This document shows positions 10,763 to 22,348 of a stretch of DNA of 34,756 nucleotides, in pieces. The notes under the pieces are model-generated. The model did not search any database, was not told the origin of the DNA, and saw nothing but the letters and a program-made list of their open reading frames with translations. Within the stretch, counting starts at the first letter, position 1. Every line of letters starts with the position of its first letter. Position numbers and translations under genes: made by a program. Source of the stretch: Octopus bimaculoides (taxonomy: Eukaryota); assembly GCF_001194135.2 (NCBI RefSeq), contig NC_068988.1, positions 6,351,975 to 6,386,730 of the forward strand. The letters are read 5' to 3'.

Positions 10763-10999
10763 TACATTATTTACATTATTTACATTTGTTGGATAATTGT
10801 CCTTATCTTGTTTGTTATTAACAACGTTTCGGCTGATATACTCTCCAGCCTTTATCAGGTGTCTTGGGGAAATTTCGAAACTGGGCTCTCATTCCCCAAG
10901 ATACCTGATGAAGGCTGGAGGGTATATCAGCCGAAACGTTGTGTTAACAACAAACAAGATGAGGACAAATATCTGTCAAATGTAAATAATGTACATAAT
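10763..10999. repeat. ~237-bp inverted repeat (two ~108-bp arms, 20-nt spacer); probable Penelope-like retroelement-derived insertion
   Basis: Arms 10763-10871 and 10892-10999 are reverse complements (about 10 substitutions plus one 2-nt indel by hand). Both outer ends finish in TGTAAATAA tandem units. Confidence 0.85.
10900..10945 (+). ncRNA. Minimal type I hammerhead ribozyme motif (candidate, dimer-dependent helix III)
   Basis: GAUAC-CUGAUGA-A-GGCUG(GAGGGUAUAU)CAGCC-GAAAC-GUU^-GUGUU. Conserved CUGANGA and GAAA cores, 5-6-bp helix II, 5-bp helix I, self-complementary AACGUU instead of an intramolecular helix III. Confidence 0.6.
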
Positions 11000-11148
11000 T
11001 CCTCGTCTCTTAAATATAGAACAGATAACATATATCTAAAATTAGGAATAATTACTTTATTATAGAAAGAATTGGTTAAAAATAATACAAATACTCATAG
11101 CAATCCAATGCCAAAAAAAAAAAGAGAGAAATAAAAGGAAGATTCCTC

Positions 11149-11351
11149 AATATTTGTTTGAAATTTTGGCACAGAGCGAGCAAGTTCGATGGTGGTGGTA
11201 AGCCGATTATATTGATCCTAGTGCTCAACTGGTACTTATTTTATCGACCCCTAAAGGACGTAAGGCAAAACTGACCTCGATGACAGTACGTAAACACGAA
11301 CAAAAATGTCGTTACGCACTTTGTCCGGCGTGCTGCCACTTCGTCGCCTTA
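11149..11351 (-). mobile_element. SINE family C
   Basis: GTTTGAAATTTTGGCAC...CTGGTACTTATTTTATCGACCC...AAAGG...AAGGCAAA...GACCTCG...CCGGCGTGCT is the reverse complement of family C. Confidence 0.75.
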
Positions 11352-11531
11352 CATTCCACACATATTAAACATCCGTATAACTGCTTTTGCCCACCGCTGT
11401 ATGTTATGTAACTTGCATAGATCAATCAAGCTTCAATGCCAGTTCTCTTCATTTACTTTCGAATTTAACTTCGTTTTTGTCTTTCGGATTCATTCTGTAA
11501 ATTCCTACGCCTTTTTACTGTCTGTTATTAC

Positions 11532-11583
<52 letters not shown>

Positions 11584-12517
11584 ATTTCTTCTGCTTCTTT
11601 TTTAATTTTTGGTTATCTTCTTTCTCGTTACGGTCTCTCTCGATGTCTGTTAATAAATTATATTTCCTAATTACTCCAGCTTGTCAGTTATTCTTTGTAA
11701 TCTTGCTTTCATAAGTGATTTCACTTGCCAACCTTCGAGTTCAGAAAATGCATTATATATGCATGTGCGTAAGCATACGAATACGCATGCTCACTCACGC
11801 ACGCAAACAGACATGCACGCAAACACACATGCACGGACGCACACACACACACACACAAAACACATACACGCACAACACACACGCATATTCATATTCACAC
11901 ACACACACAGACATATATATATATATATATGCATATTAATATATGTACATATATACACCTATGTGTCTGTGTATATGTACATATATATATTGATATTCAA
12001 ATGTACAAACATATATGTATAACGTACATAATATATATATATATATATATATATATTTTATATATATATATAGTATATATATATATACNNNNNNNNNNNN
12101 NNNNNNNNNNNNNNNNNNNNNNNNNNNNNNNNNNNNNNNNNNNNNNNNNNNNNNNNNNNNNNNNNNNNNNNNNNNNNNNNNNNNNNNNNNNNNNNNNNNN
12201 NNNNNNNNNNNNNNNNNNNNNNNNNNNNNNNNNNNNNNNNNNNNNNNNNNNNNNNNNNNNNNNNNNNNNNNNNNNNNNNNNNNNNNNNNNNNNNNNNNNN
12301 NNNNNNNNNNNNNNNNNNNNNNNNNNNNNNNNNNNNNNNNNNNNNNNNNNNNNNNNNNNNNNNNNNNNNNNNNNNNNNNNNNNNNNNNNNNNNNNNNNNN
12401 NNNNNNNNNNNNNNNNNNNNNNNNNNNNNNNNNNNNNNNNNNNNNNNNNNNNNNNNNNNNNNNNNNNNNNNNNNNNNNNNNNNNNNNNNNNNNNNNNNNN
12501 NNNNNNNNNNNNNNNNC

Positions 12518-12730
12518 CCATAAGTTCTGTCCGAATTTTGAATAAAGAAAACAAGTGATCAAATGTTATATCTAATTCAAATTTAATCATCAATGTACTT
12601 TGCCTGATTATCTATGACTTCCTTCCATCTATTTACAAGCTTTTTAATCCCATCAATGTAAAACTCTTTTGGCTTCAAAGCGAAGAACTTTGAAATGTTA
12701 TTTTCGACCTCCTACTGGTCCCCCAAATGA
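12518..12730 (-). mobile_element. Mariner (DD34D-type) 3' end: transposase C-terminus plus TIR
   Basis: Minus strand reads EVENNISKFFALKPKEFYIDGIKKLVNRWKEVIDNQAKYIDD* (stop at 12585-12583), the classic mariner F..GI.KL..RW...I...G.Y C-terminus. TIR-like CCATAAGTTCTGTCCGAATTTT abuts the gap. Confidence 0.85.
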
Positions 12731-12894
12731 TTCGGCCAACAACCCTAACAGAAGTGTTACCGTTTTTCGGTGACGAGACAGAATATAATCGCAGAGCATA
12801 GAAAGTTGGTACAAATCCCTCGTGCTACTTTCTCCAATACAGAAAGAGCTCTGCAAAATTCTAGAAAATATGCGTCATCTCGTCTTCCAAAAGC

Positions 12895-13085
12895 ATCGGC
12901 CTACACACAAAGCCTGGCTGAATAACAGCGTGGATCTCCTCTCAGTACTCTGATGGTTTTGAGGTATGGAAGAGTAGCGTGAAAGTCCCCAGAAAGCTAG
13001 CTGAGTTCCACCAAGGATTCGGAGAACATATTGGCAAGACAGGGTAACCAATGAAGGCGTTGTGAAGAGAGTCAACGCAAGACTA
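12895..13085 (+). pseudogene. RTE-type LINE reverse-transcriptase-downstream fragment (decayed)
   Basis: Frameshifted pieces LNNSV.LLSVL / GFEVWKSSVKVPRKLAEFHQG / RIRRTYWQDRVTNEGVVKRVN resemble the RTE consensus Y..V.LS.LLYG.E.W......KL..FH..CLR.I..I.WQD.V.N..V..R. Confidence 0.6.
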
Positions 13086-13096
13086 CCTGGCGAAAT

Positions 13097-13097
13097 C

Positions 13098-13151
<54 letters not shown>

Positions 13152-13205
13152 TTCTTCTTCTTCTTCTTCTTCTTCTTCTTCTTCTTCTTCTTCTTCTTCT
13201 TCTTC
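13097..13205. repeat. (CAT)n-(CTT)n compound microsatellite
   Basis: Directly visible, runs into a gap. Confidence 0.95.
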
Positions 13206-15523
13206 NNNNNNNNNNNNNNNNNNNNNNNNNNNNNNNNNNNNNNNNNNNNNNNNNNNNNNNNNNNNNNNNNNNNNNNNNNNNNNNNNNNNNNNNNNNNNNN
13301 NNNNNNNNNNNNNNNNNNNNNNNNNNNNNNNNNNNNNNNNNNNNNNNNNNNNNNNNNNNNNNNNNNNNNNNNNNNNNNNNNNNNNNNNNNNNNNNNNNNN
13401 NNNNNNNNNNNNNNNNNNNNNNNNNNNNNNNNNNNNNNNNNNNNNNNNNNNNNNNNNNNNNNNNNNNNNNNNNNNNNNNNNNNNNNNNNNNNNNNNNNNN
13501 NNNNNNNNNNNNNNNNNNNNNNNNNNNNNNNNNNNNNNNNNNNNNNNNNNNNNNNNNNNNNNNNNNNNNNNNNNNNNNNNNNNNNNNNNNNNNNNNNNNN
13601 NNNNNNNNNNNNNNNNNNNNNNNNNNNNNNNNNNNNNNNNNNNNNNNNNNNNNNNNNNNNNNNNNNNNNNNNNNNNNNNNNNNNNNNNNNNNNNNNNNNN
13701 NNNNNNNNNNNNNNNNNNNNNNNNNNNNNNNNNNNNNNNNNNNNNNNNNNNNNNNNNNNNNNNNNNNNNNNNNNNNNNNNNNNNNNNNNNNNNNNNNNNN
13801 NNNNNNNNNNNNNNNNNNNNNNNNNNNNNNNNNNNNNNNNNNNNNNNNNNNNNNNNNNNNNNNNNNNNNNNNNNNNNNNNNNNNNNNNNNNNNNNNNNNN
13901 NNNNNNNNNNNNNNNNNNNNNNNNNNNNNNNNNNNNNNNNNNNNNNNNNNNNNNNNNNNNNNNNNNNNNNNNNNNNNNNNNNNNNNNNNNNNNNNNNNNN
14001 NNNNNNNNNNNNNNNNNNNNNNNNNNNNNNNNNNNNNNNNNNNNNNNNNNNNNNNNNNNNNNNNNNNNNNNNNNNNNNNNNNNNNNNNNNNNNNNNNNNN
14101 NNNTTCTCCTTCTTCTTTTTCTCCTCCCCTTCTACTCCCCCACTATCCTCTTTCTCCTTCTCCGCTCTGCTCCTCCTCTACCCTCTTCTTCTTCTTCTTC
14201 TTCTTCTTCTTCTTCGTTATACTTACGTTGATGATGGTGCTGCCGTCATCCACGTTGCTGATGTTGGTGTTCTTGCTATTCTTTAATTTTGTTTCCTGTT
14301 CACTTAATACAAACTTTCGTTGTTATGGTAACAATCTACAACCATTTCACTTCCACTACCCTTTTTGCAAACAATTCCACTTTTCCCTCGTGTCCCCCAT
14401 GTTCTTCCATACTTGTCACTGTCCCTAACCTTCTCGTACCATAGCTTTCTCTCAGAAACGTCTTCATTCCATCTTTCCATTTTCAGAGCTGTCACTTCGA
14501 TTTAAATGTAGTTATGTGTAAAACATCGTTAAAGAACAACAACACCAATAACAACAACAGAAATAAATCAAATAAATAAATAAACAGAATCAAGATCATC
14601 ACATACATGTGAGCACACACATGTAGGTTCGTACACATACACACACACATACATATATACATATATATACATATATATATATATGTGCATGTGTATGTAT
14701 GTATATTTATATATAGATCGATTATGTGTTATATTTTCTATTTATCTATCTATATACACNNNNNNNNNNNNNNNNNNNNNNNNNNNNNNNNNNNNNNNNN
14801 NNNNNNNNNNNNNNNNNNNNNNNNNNNNNNNNNNNNNNNNNNNNNNNNNNNNNNNNNNNNNNNNNNNNNNNNNNNNNNNNNNNNNNNNNNNNNNNNNNNN
14901 NNNNNNNNNNNNNNNNNNNNNNNNNNNNNNNNNNNNNNNNNNNNNNNNNNNNNNNNNNNNNNNNNNNNNNNNNNNNNNNNNNNNNNNNNNNNNNNNNNNN
15001 NNNNNNNNNNNNNNNNNNNNNNNNNNNNNNNNNNNNNNNNNNNNNNNNNNNNNNNNNNNNNNNNNNNNNNNNNNNNNNNNNNNNNNNNNNNNNNNNNNNN
15101 NNNNNNNNNNNNNNNNNNNNNNNNNNNNNNNNNNNNNNNNNNNNNNNNNNNNNNNNNNNNNNNNNNNNNNNNNNNNNNNNNNNNNNNNNNNNNNNNNNNN
15201 NNNNNNNNNNNNNNNNNNNNNNNNNNNNNNNNNNNNNNNNNNNNNNNNNNNNNNNNNNNNNNNNNNNNNNNNNNNNNNNNNNNNNNNNNNNNNNNNNNNN
15301 NNNNNNNNNNNNNNNNNNNNNNNNNNNNNNNNNNNNNNNNNNNNNNNNNNNNNNNNNNNNNNNNNNNNNNNNNNNNNNNNNNNNNNNNNNNNNNNNNNNN
15401 NNNNNNNNNNNNNNNNNNNNNNNNNNNNNNNNNNNNNNNNNNNNNNNNNNNNNNNNNNNNNNNNNNNNNNNNNNNNNNNNNNNNNNNNNNNNNNNNNNNN
15501 NNNNNNNNNNNNNNNNNNNNNNN

Positions 15524-15680
15524 GGGAGGAGGTGGAGGAAGAAGAAAGAAGAAGAAGAAAAAGAAGAAGAAGAAGAAGAAGAAGAAGAAGAAGAAGAAGA
15601 AGAAGAAGAAGAAGAAGAAGAAAAAGAAGAAGAATAGGAGGCGGAAGAAGAAGAAAAAGTCGAAGAAGAAGAAATTGAAG
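15524..15680. repeat. (GAA)n microsatellite
   Basis: Directly visible. Confidence 0.95.
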
Positions 15681-15869
15681 AAGTCTAAGAAGAATAAAAC
15701 AACAACAACAACGAAGAGAAAAAAGAGAAAAAATGCAGAGACATAAAAATAGAAAACGAAAATGACACAAAATTCTGATTTTATTATAAAACATTTGATG
15801 TAAAAGTATTTTCCCGAGAGATTAAATGGGAAAAAGCAAAGTGCATTCTTCGAAGTTCAGGTGCATAGG

Positions 15870-15914
<45 letters not shown>

Positions 15915-16517
15915 NNNNNNNNNNNNNNNNNNNNNNNNNNNNNNNNNNNATGAGTTTACTTGAGTCGAGTCGTTTTATATGTGTATGGCTTCGTCTGGTT
16001 TATAGAGAAGTCTTCTGTCAGTGTCTGTCTGTCTGTCTGTCTGTCCGCTTGTCTGTCCGTGTGTCTGTCTCTCTGTGTGTCTCTCTGTCACACACACTCT
16101 CTCTCTCTCTCTCTGTTTCTCCATGCTTCTACACACGCACATGCATTTTATTTTAAGTTAGCTACACTTGTATTTATTCTGGTTTCATACAGGAGAGCGC
16201 AGCCGGAGTGAATATTTAAAAGGCTAATTGAAGAATGTTCATCATTCAATCTCATGAGACGGTGGTGCGTTGATAGACTTCAGCTGGACCTGTTTCTTAA
16301 ACGATGGGCCACCTCTTGGGATCACAACAGGATTGCAGAGGCACAATGAAAACACGAACTACGCGCGTCCAATGTCAAATCCTTGCCTTCTGTCCCAATA
16401 GACCACCGGTGTCTGACCCGCAGGAGTCTCTCCCGAGTACACAACGGATTGATCGGCTACAAACGGATGTACCGTGACCCGTCTTCTTCTCCCACGTGAT
16501 GTCTTTGGAGGGACGAA

Positions 16518-16716
16518 TTAACAATCCTTTGTACTATAGGCACAAAGCCTGAAATTGGGGGAGGGGACAATTCGATTACATCGACCCTAGTTGTATTACT
16601 GGTACTTAATTTATCGATCCCGAAAGGATGAAAAGTAAAGTCGACCTCGGCGGAATTTGAACTCAGAACGTAAAGACAGACGAAATACCGCCAAGCATTT
16701 CACCCGGCGTGCTAAC
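16518..16716 (-). mobile_element. SINE family C (copy 1 of tandem pair)
   Basis: GGCACAAAGCCTGAAATTGGGG...CGATTACATCGACCC...CTGGTACTTAATTTATCGATCCCGAAAGGATGAAAAG...GTCGACCTCGGCGGAATTTGAACTCAGAACG...CGGCGTGCTAAC. Confidence 0.85.
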
Positions 16717-16890
16717 TAAATAATGATCTTTTGTAATCTAGGCACAAGGCCCGAATTTTTTTAGGAGGGAGAAAATCGATTAGATCGACCCCAATACGCA
16801 ACTGGTACTTAGTTTTTCGATCCCGAAAGGATGAAAGGTAAACTCGACCTCAACAGAATTTGAACTCAGAACGTAAAAACAGACGAGTTA
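16717..16890 (-). mobile_element. SINE family C (copy 2 of tandem pair, head in gap)
   Basis: Same motifs repeated immediately after copy 1, interrupted by the N gap at 16891. Confidence 0.85.
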
Positions 16891-17756
16891 NNNNNNNNNN
16901 NNNNNNNNNNNNNNNNNNNNNNNNNNNNNNNNNNNNNNNNNNNNNNNNNNNNNNNNNNNNNNNNNNNNNNNNNNNNNNNNNNNNNNNNNNNNNNNNNNNN
17001 NNNNNNNNNNNNNNNNNNNNNNNNNNNNNNNNNNNNNNNNNNNNNNNNNNNNNNNNNNNNNNNNNNNNNNNNNNNNNNNNNNNNNNNNNNNNNNNNNNNN
17101 NNNNNNNNNNNNNNNNNNNNNNNNNNNNNNNNNNNNNNNNNNNNNNNNNNNNNNNNNNNNNNNNNNNNNNNNNNNNNNNNNNNNNNNNNNNNNNNNNNNN
17201 NNNNNNNNNNNNNNNNNNNNNNNNNNNNNNNNNNNNNNNNNNNNNNNNNNNNNNNNNNNNNNNNNNNNNNNNNNNNNNNNNNNNNNNNNNNNNNNNNNNN
17301 NNNNNNNNNNNNNNNNNNNNNNNNNNNNNNNNNNNNNNNNNNNNNNNNNNNNNNNNNNNNNNNNNNNNNNNNNNNNNNNNNNNNNNNNNNNNNNNNNNNN
17401 NNNNNNNNNNNNNNNNNNNNNNNNNNNNNNNNNNNNNNNNNNNNNNNNNNNNNNNNNNNNNNNNNNNNNNNNNNNNNNNNNNNNNNNNNNNNNNNNNNNN
17501 NNNNNNNNNNNNNNNNNNNATATATATATAGACATACAGGATTGGCGAACATTCACCTGACAGTAAATCAAAATCCGTTTAATACCACGATTTATTTATG
17601 TTTAACAACAGAATGAATTTAATAAAAGCATCTAAATATGAAACATCATGAAAATTGTTCAAACTGAAGTCCTTCTTTAGCGACACCATTTTCCCAAACG
17701 AATAATTAAAATTGAATAGAAAGTATTTATGGAATGTTGACCAATATATACTTTCA

Positions 17757-17791
<35 letters not shown>

Positions 17792-18555
17792 TTACATGCA
17801 TACATACATACATATATATTTACATGCATACATACACGCACGCACATGCACATATACGTATACACCCACAAATTGCACGTAGCTTGCAGATGCAAGTGCT
17901 ACCCGTTGAAAGATGCGCATTCGGGATGCTAGCAAGTTTCTGGGGTCATCAGGAGAAAATATACGTTTTCTGTGCGCAATGATGTAGTCGAGGGGAAGGC
18001 CCCGATATATATGTATATGCCTACACACATGCACACATTCACACTTTCATACGGAGAATTATGAAGAGAGAAGGTAAAGTGTCAGACGAGACATCGGAGG
18101 AAGATGGAGAGGAGGAGGAGGAGGAAGAGGAAGAAGAAGAGGGACGAGGACAAAGTGGAGGACGAGGATGAGGGTGATGAGGACAAGGACGAAGTGGAGG
18201 ACAAGCGGGCGGGGGGGGGGGGAGTGAAGACGGTGGGCGGACGGTGCCAAGCGTGACGTGTCGAGGATGAGATCAAATGTTAGGTCACACGAGGTAGATT
18301 CCATAATGAGGAAATGGGTTCCTTACAGAAATTGCAATTTTTGCCAAACACCTTTGGAAGCAAATCAAGGTTCAGGAACGTGATGTTGCATTAGATGTAC
18401 ATAAAGATATGCATACAGGCATACATACAAGCCTGCATACCCATACACCCATACACATGTATGTAATTTCATTATTAAATTCTGGTATATTAATAAATAT
18501 TAGCAACGATATATATAAATATGTATAAATGCATAGACATATATATAAAACATAC

Positions 18556-18589
<34 letters not shown>

Positions 18590-18601
18590 ATACATACATA
18601 T

Positions 18602-18669
<68 letters not shown>

Positions 18670-18775
18670 GTATGTTTTATGTATTAATGTATACACATAC
18701 AATTTCATTATAGCATTCCTGTAGATCAATAGTTTTTCAACACTGATATACATTTACGCTTGGATTTAGATATCC

Positions 18776-18812
<37 letters not shown>

Positions 18813-18869
18813 CTTCCTTCTCTCTCTCTGTTTATATATATATATGTGTGTATCTACATATACACATAC

Positions 18870-18902
<33 letters not shown>

Positions 18903-20299
18903 NNNNNNNNNNNNNNNNNNNNNNNNNNNNNNNNNNNNNNNNNNNNNNNNNNNNNNNNNNNNNNNNNNNNNNNNNNNNNNNNNNNNNNNNNNNNNNNNNN
19001 NNNNNNNNNNNNNNNNNNNNNNNNNNNNNNNNNNNNNNNNNNNNNNNNNNNNNNNNNNNNNNNNNNNNNNNNNNNNNNNNNNNNNNNNNNNNNNNNNNNN
19101 NNNNNNNNNNNNNNNNNNNNNNNNNNNNNNNNNNNNNNNNNNNNNNNNNNNNNNNNNNNNNNNNNNNNNNNNNNNNNNNNNNNNNNNNNNNNNNNNNNNN
19201 NNNNNNNNNNNNNNNNNNNNNNNNNNNNNNNNNNNNNNNNNNNNNNNNNNNNNNNNNNNNNNNNNNNNNNNNNNNNNNNNNNNNNNNNNNNNNNNNNNNN
19301 NNNNNNNNNNNNNNNNNNNNNNNNNNNNNNNNNNNNNNNNNNNNNNNNNNNNNNNNNNNNNNNNNNNNNNNNNNNNNNNNNNNNNNNNNNNNNNNNNNNN
19401 NNNNNNNNNNNNNNNNNNNNNNNNNNNNNNNNNNNNNNNNNNNNNNNNNNNNNNNNNNNNNNNNNNNNNNNNNNNNNNNNNNNNNNNNNNNNNNNNNNNN
19501 NNNNNNNNNNNNNNNNNNNNNNNNNNNNNNNNNNNNNNNNNNNNNNNNNNNNNNNNNNNNNNNNNNNNNNNNNNNNNNNNNNNNNNNNNNNNNNNNNNNN
19601 NNNNNNNNNNNNNNNNNNNNNNNNNNNNNNNNNNNNNNNNNNNNNNNNNNNNNNNNNNNNNNNNNNNNNNNNNNNNNNNNNNNNNNNNNNNNNNNNNNNN
19701 NNNNNNNNNNNNNNNNNNNNNNNNNNNNNNNNNNNNNNNNNNNNNNNNNNNNNNNNNNNNNNNNNNNNNNNNNNNNNNNNNNNNNNNNNNNNNNNNNNNN
19801 NNNNNNNNNNNNNNNNNNNNNNNNNNNNNNNNNNNNNNNNNNNNNGACGATGATGAGACGACGTCGATGATGTTGATGATGAAGTTGATGATGATGATGA
19901 TGACGATGATGATGACGATGATGATGATGATGATGACGATGATGGTGTTGATGATGATTGCGACGACGTTGCTGATGACGACGATGTCTGTGAAAGCATT
20001 GCTAATATAATCGGTTTTGCAAAAATACCCGTTCTGGTGATGATTGTCTTAAGAAGACATCGGTCGTATTGGTGCCGTTGGTGTTGGTGCTGGTGTTTGT
20101 GGTGGTGGTAGTAGTGGTAGTGGTAGTTGTTGGGGTGGCGATGCTGCTGCTGGTGGCGATTGTGGTGGTGGTAGTGGTGGTGGTGTCCGAGCCACGGTGC
20201 TGTTATCGACTGCAGTGGTAGGCGGGAAACATGCCTGCACACATGATTGTATGTGCCTTGTTTAATTAGCACAGTCGAGGAACAAAAGCCACCTCTCTA

Positions 20300-20390
<91 letters not shown>

Positions 20391-20937
20391 CTCTCCCTCT
20401 CTCTCACATAATTTTGCGGATAACTTTTAATTAATATATGCATAGGCACATTCACATTCAGAAATATTAATATATTGCAATTTCAAAAAAGTGTTTACAC
20501 ATATATATACATGTTTACGCACGCATTTATTATGTATATATGTATGTATGTATGAATGTATGTATGTATGTATGTACGTACGTATGTATGTTTGTATGTA
20601 TGTATTACACACATGCATATATACATATATATATACATACGTATATCTAACCCGGTCATACATGCATATATCACACATACATATATATATATGTATACAT
20701 ACATATACATATATATATATATATACATATATGTATANNNNNNNNNNNNNNNNNNNNNNNNNNNNNNNNNNNNNNNNNNNNNNNNNNNNNNNNNNNNNNN
20801 NNNNNNNNNNNNNNNNNNNNNNNNNNNNNNNNNNNNNNNNNNNNNNNNNNNNNNNNNNNNNNNNNNNNNNNNNNNNNNNNNNNNNNNNNNNNNNNNNNNN
20901 NNNNNNNNNNNNNNNNNNNNNNNNNNNNNNNNNNNNN

Positions 20938-20996
<59 letters not shown>

Positions 20997-21007
20997 CATA
21001 TACATAC

Positions 21008-21168
21008 ACGACAGTCTTCTCGAAGTTTCCGATTACCAAATCCTCCCACAAGGTTTTGAATGGCTTGAGGCTGTACTAAGACATTTTCCCAAGTTTCCAC
21101 AGAGTGGGACTCAACTCTGAACCATGTGGTTAGGAAGTAAATGTCCTTGTCACTGCACAGCCACGCTT
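21008..21168 (-). mobile_element. SINE family A 5' half
   Basis: ACGACAGTCTTCT...CCCACAAGGTTTTG...CCCAAG...GTGGGACT...AACCATGTGGTT...CACAGCCAC. Continues into a (TA)/(TACA) tract. Confidence 0.7.
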
Positions 21169-21309
21169 TCACCTAAACACAACAACACCAGTGGATGACA
21201 TTTTAGAAAGACACATTAGTCGTTGGAGCAGATCGCGAATATGTCAATAGAATTTACGAAATAGTAACCTGTTTATTAGAAAAATACGAATGAGAAATTT
21301 GTGTTATTT

Positions 21310-21385
21310 ACTTTCATTCTTTTATTCCTCTATTCTATTATTTGTTTCAGCCATGCGGCTGCGGTCATGCTGGGGCATCACCACT
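21310..21385 (-). mobile_element. SINE family A tail fragment
   Basis: TTGTTTCAGCCAT...CTGCGGTCATGCTGGGGCA is the reverse complement of the family A 3' end. Confidence 0.5.
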
Positions 21386-21436
21386 GTGAGGGAATAATAT
21401 TTTCACTTTGCGCAGTTAATATAAATCTCATCGAAA

Positions 21437-21657
21437 GAGCGGTGGGTTGGCAGAATTGTCAACTCACATGGCGAAATTCTTAGCGGCATTTCGTCCGTCT
21501 CTACGTTCTGAGTTCAAATTTCGCTGAGGTCGACTTTACCTTTCAAACTTTCGTGGGTCAATGAAGTAAGTACCAGTTAAATACTAGGGTCGATGTAATC
21601 GATGTAACCCCCTTTCTCGAAATTGCTGGCCTTGTGCCAATATTTGAAACCAATATT
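21437..21657 (+). mobile_element. SINE family C
   Basis: TTGGCAGAAT...CTTAGCGGCATTTCGTCCGTCTCTACGTTCTGAGTTCAAAT...GAGGTCGACTTT...AAGTACCAG...GGGTCGATGTAATCGA...AAATTGCTGGCCTTGTGCC...TTTGAAACCAAT. Confidence 0.85.
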
Positions 21658-21673
21658 AATTTCATCGACTTAT

Positions 21674-21927
21674 GCGAAGCCGCGTGGTATAGTGGATTGG
21701 CTATTCGGCTCAGGAATGCCCAAACCAAAGAATGTGTCTTGAGCAAGACTTCATATGTAGCTCCAGTCTATTGAGCTGGCAAGAATGAATGGTACCTGTA
21801 ATTCAAACGGCAAGCCTTTTCATATTCTGCGTCACGTCGAATCTCTCATAGAACTACGTTAAGGGTACGTGTCTTTGAGGGATGTTCAACCACTGGTCAG
21901 TTAATTTCACGTTGATCGGATCAACTG
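21674..21927 (+). mobile_element. SINE family D, degraded
   Basis: GTCTTGAGCAAGAC (CORE-like)...GCTGGCAAGAATG...GTACCTGTA...GAACTACGTTAAGGGTAC...TTGATCGGATCAACTG. Homologous to 26977-27277. Confidence 0.65.
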
Positions 21928-22006
21928 CCAGTCATTTCATATAAGCATCAAGATATGTAACATTTTAAATCATAATTGTCGTACGTAAGCTATATTTCTA
22001 GGTATA

Positions 22007-22348
22007 CAGGGCGGGTCAGAAAGGACGGACGCTTTTGAAAAATTCTCAAAACCCTTGATTTTAGCTGCAAACAAATTCTATGGACATCAGTGTGTTTGTA
22101 TTGAATTAGCATTTGTCAAAATTAAGTCTGAAAGACAACACTCATCATGTGGTGTCCGTTTTCATTGATGCATTTCTGAAGGCGTTCTTGGAAGTTGGCC
22201 TCCACTCTCTCCAAGATTTCTCTGTACATAGTCCCATAGTTTCAACTGTTGCCCAATGATAAATTTGAACGGGTGTAAATGCAGGTGTTCATGCAAAATA
22301 CGCCTTACCGATTGATTACCGATGCCAAATTCAGTGGAATGTCTACGT
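22007..22348 (-). mobile_element. IS630-Tc1-mariner remnant with the catalytic region deleted
   Basis: TA + CAGGGCGGGTCAGAAAG TIR-like end at 22005-22023. Minus strand RRHSTEFGIGNQSVRRILHEHLHLHPFKFIIGQQLKLWDYVQR (post-HTH linker) is fused near 22222 to EILERVEANFQERLQKCINENGHHMMSVVFQT* (typical C-terminus). Confidence 0.8.

Noticed and set aside
14304-14495. 63-aa minus-strand ORF
   Set aside because: No recognisable motif; derives from pyrimidine-rich low-complexity sequence.
17930-17955. Minus-strand CUGAUGA-CCCCA-GAAAC, hammerhead-like
   Set aside because: Only 5 nt between the boxes and they cannot form helix II; no helix I partner found.
18059-18304. Acidic, coding-like GAG/GAC/GAA stretch
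   Set aside because: Degenerate purine-rich trinucleotide repeat with no convincing splice sites or recognisable protein.
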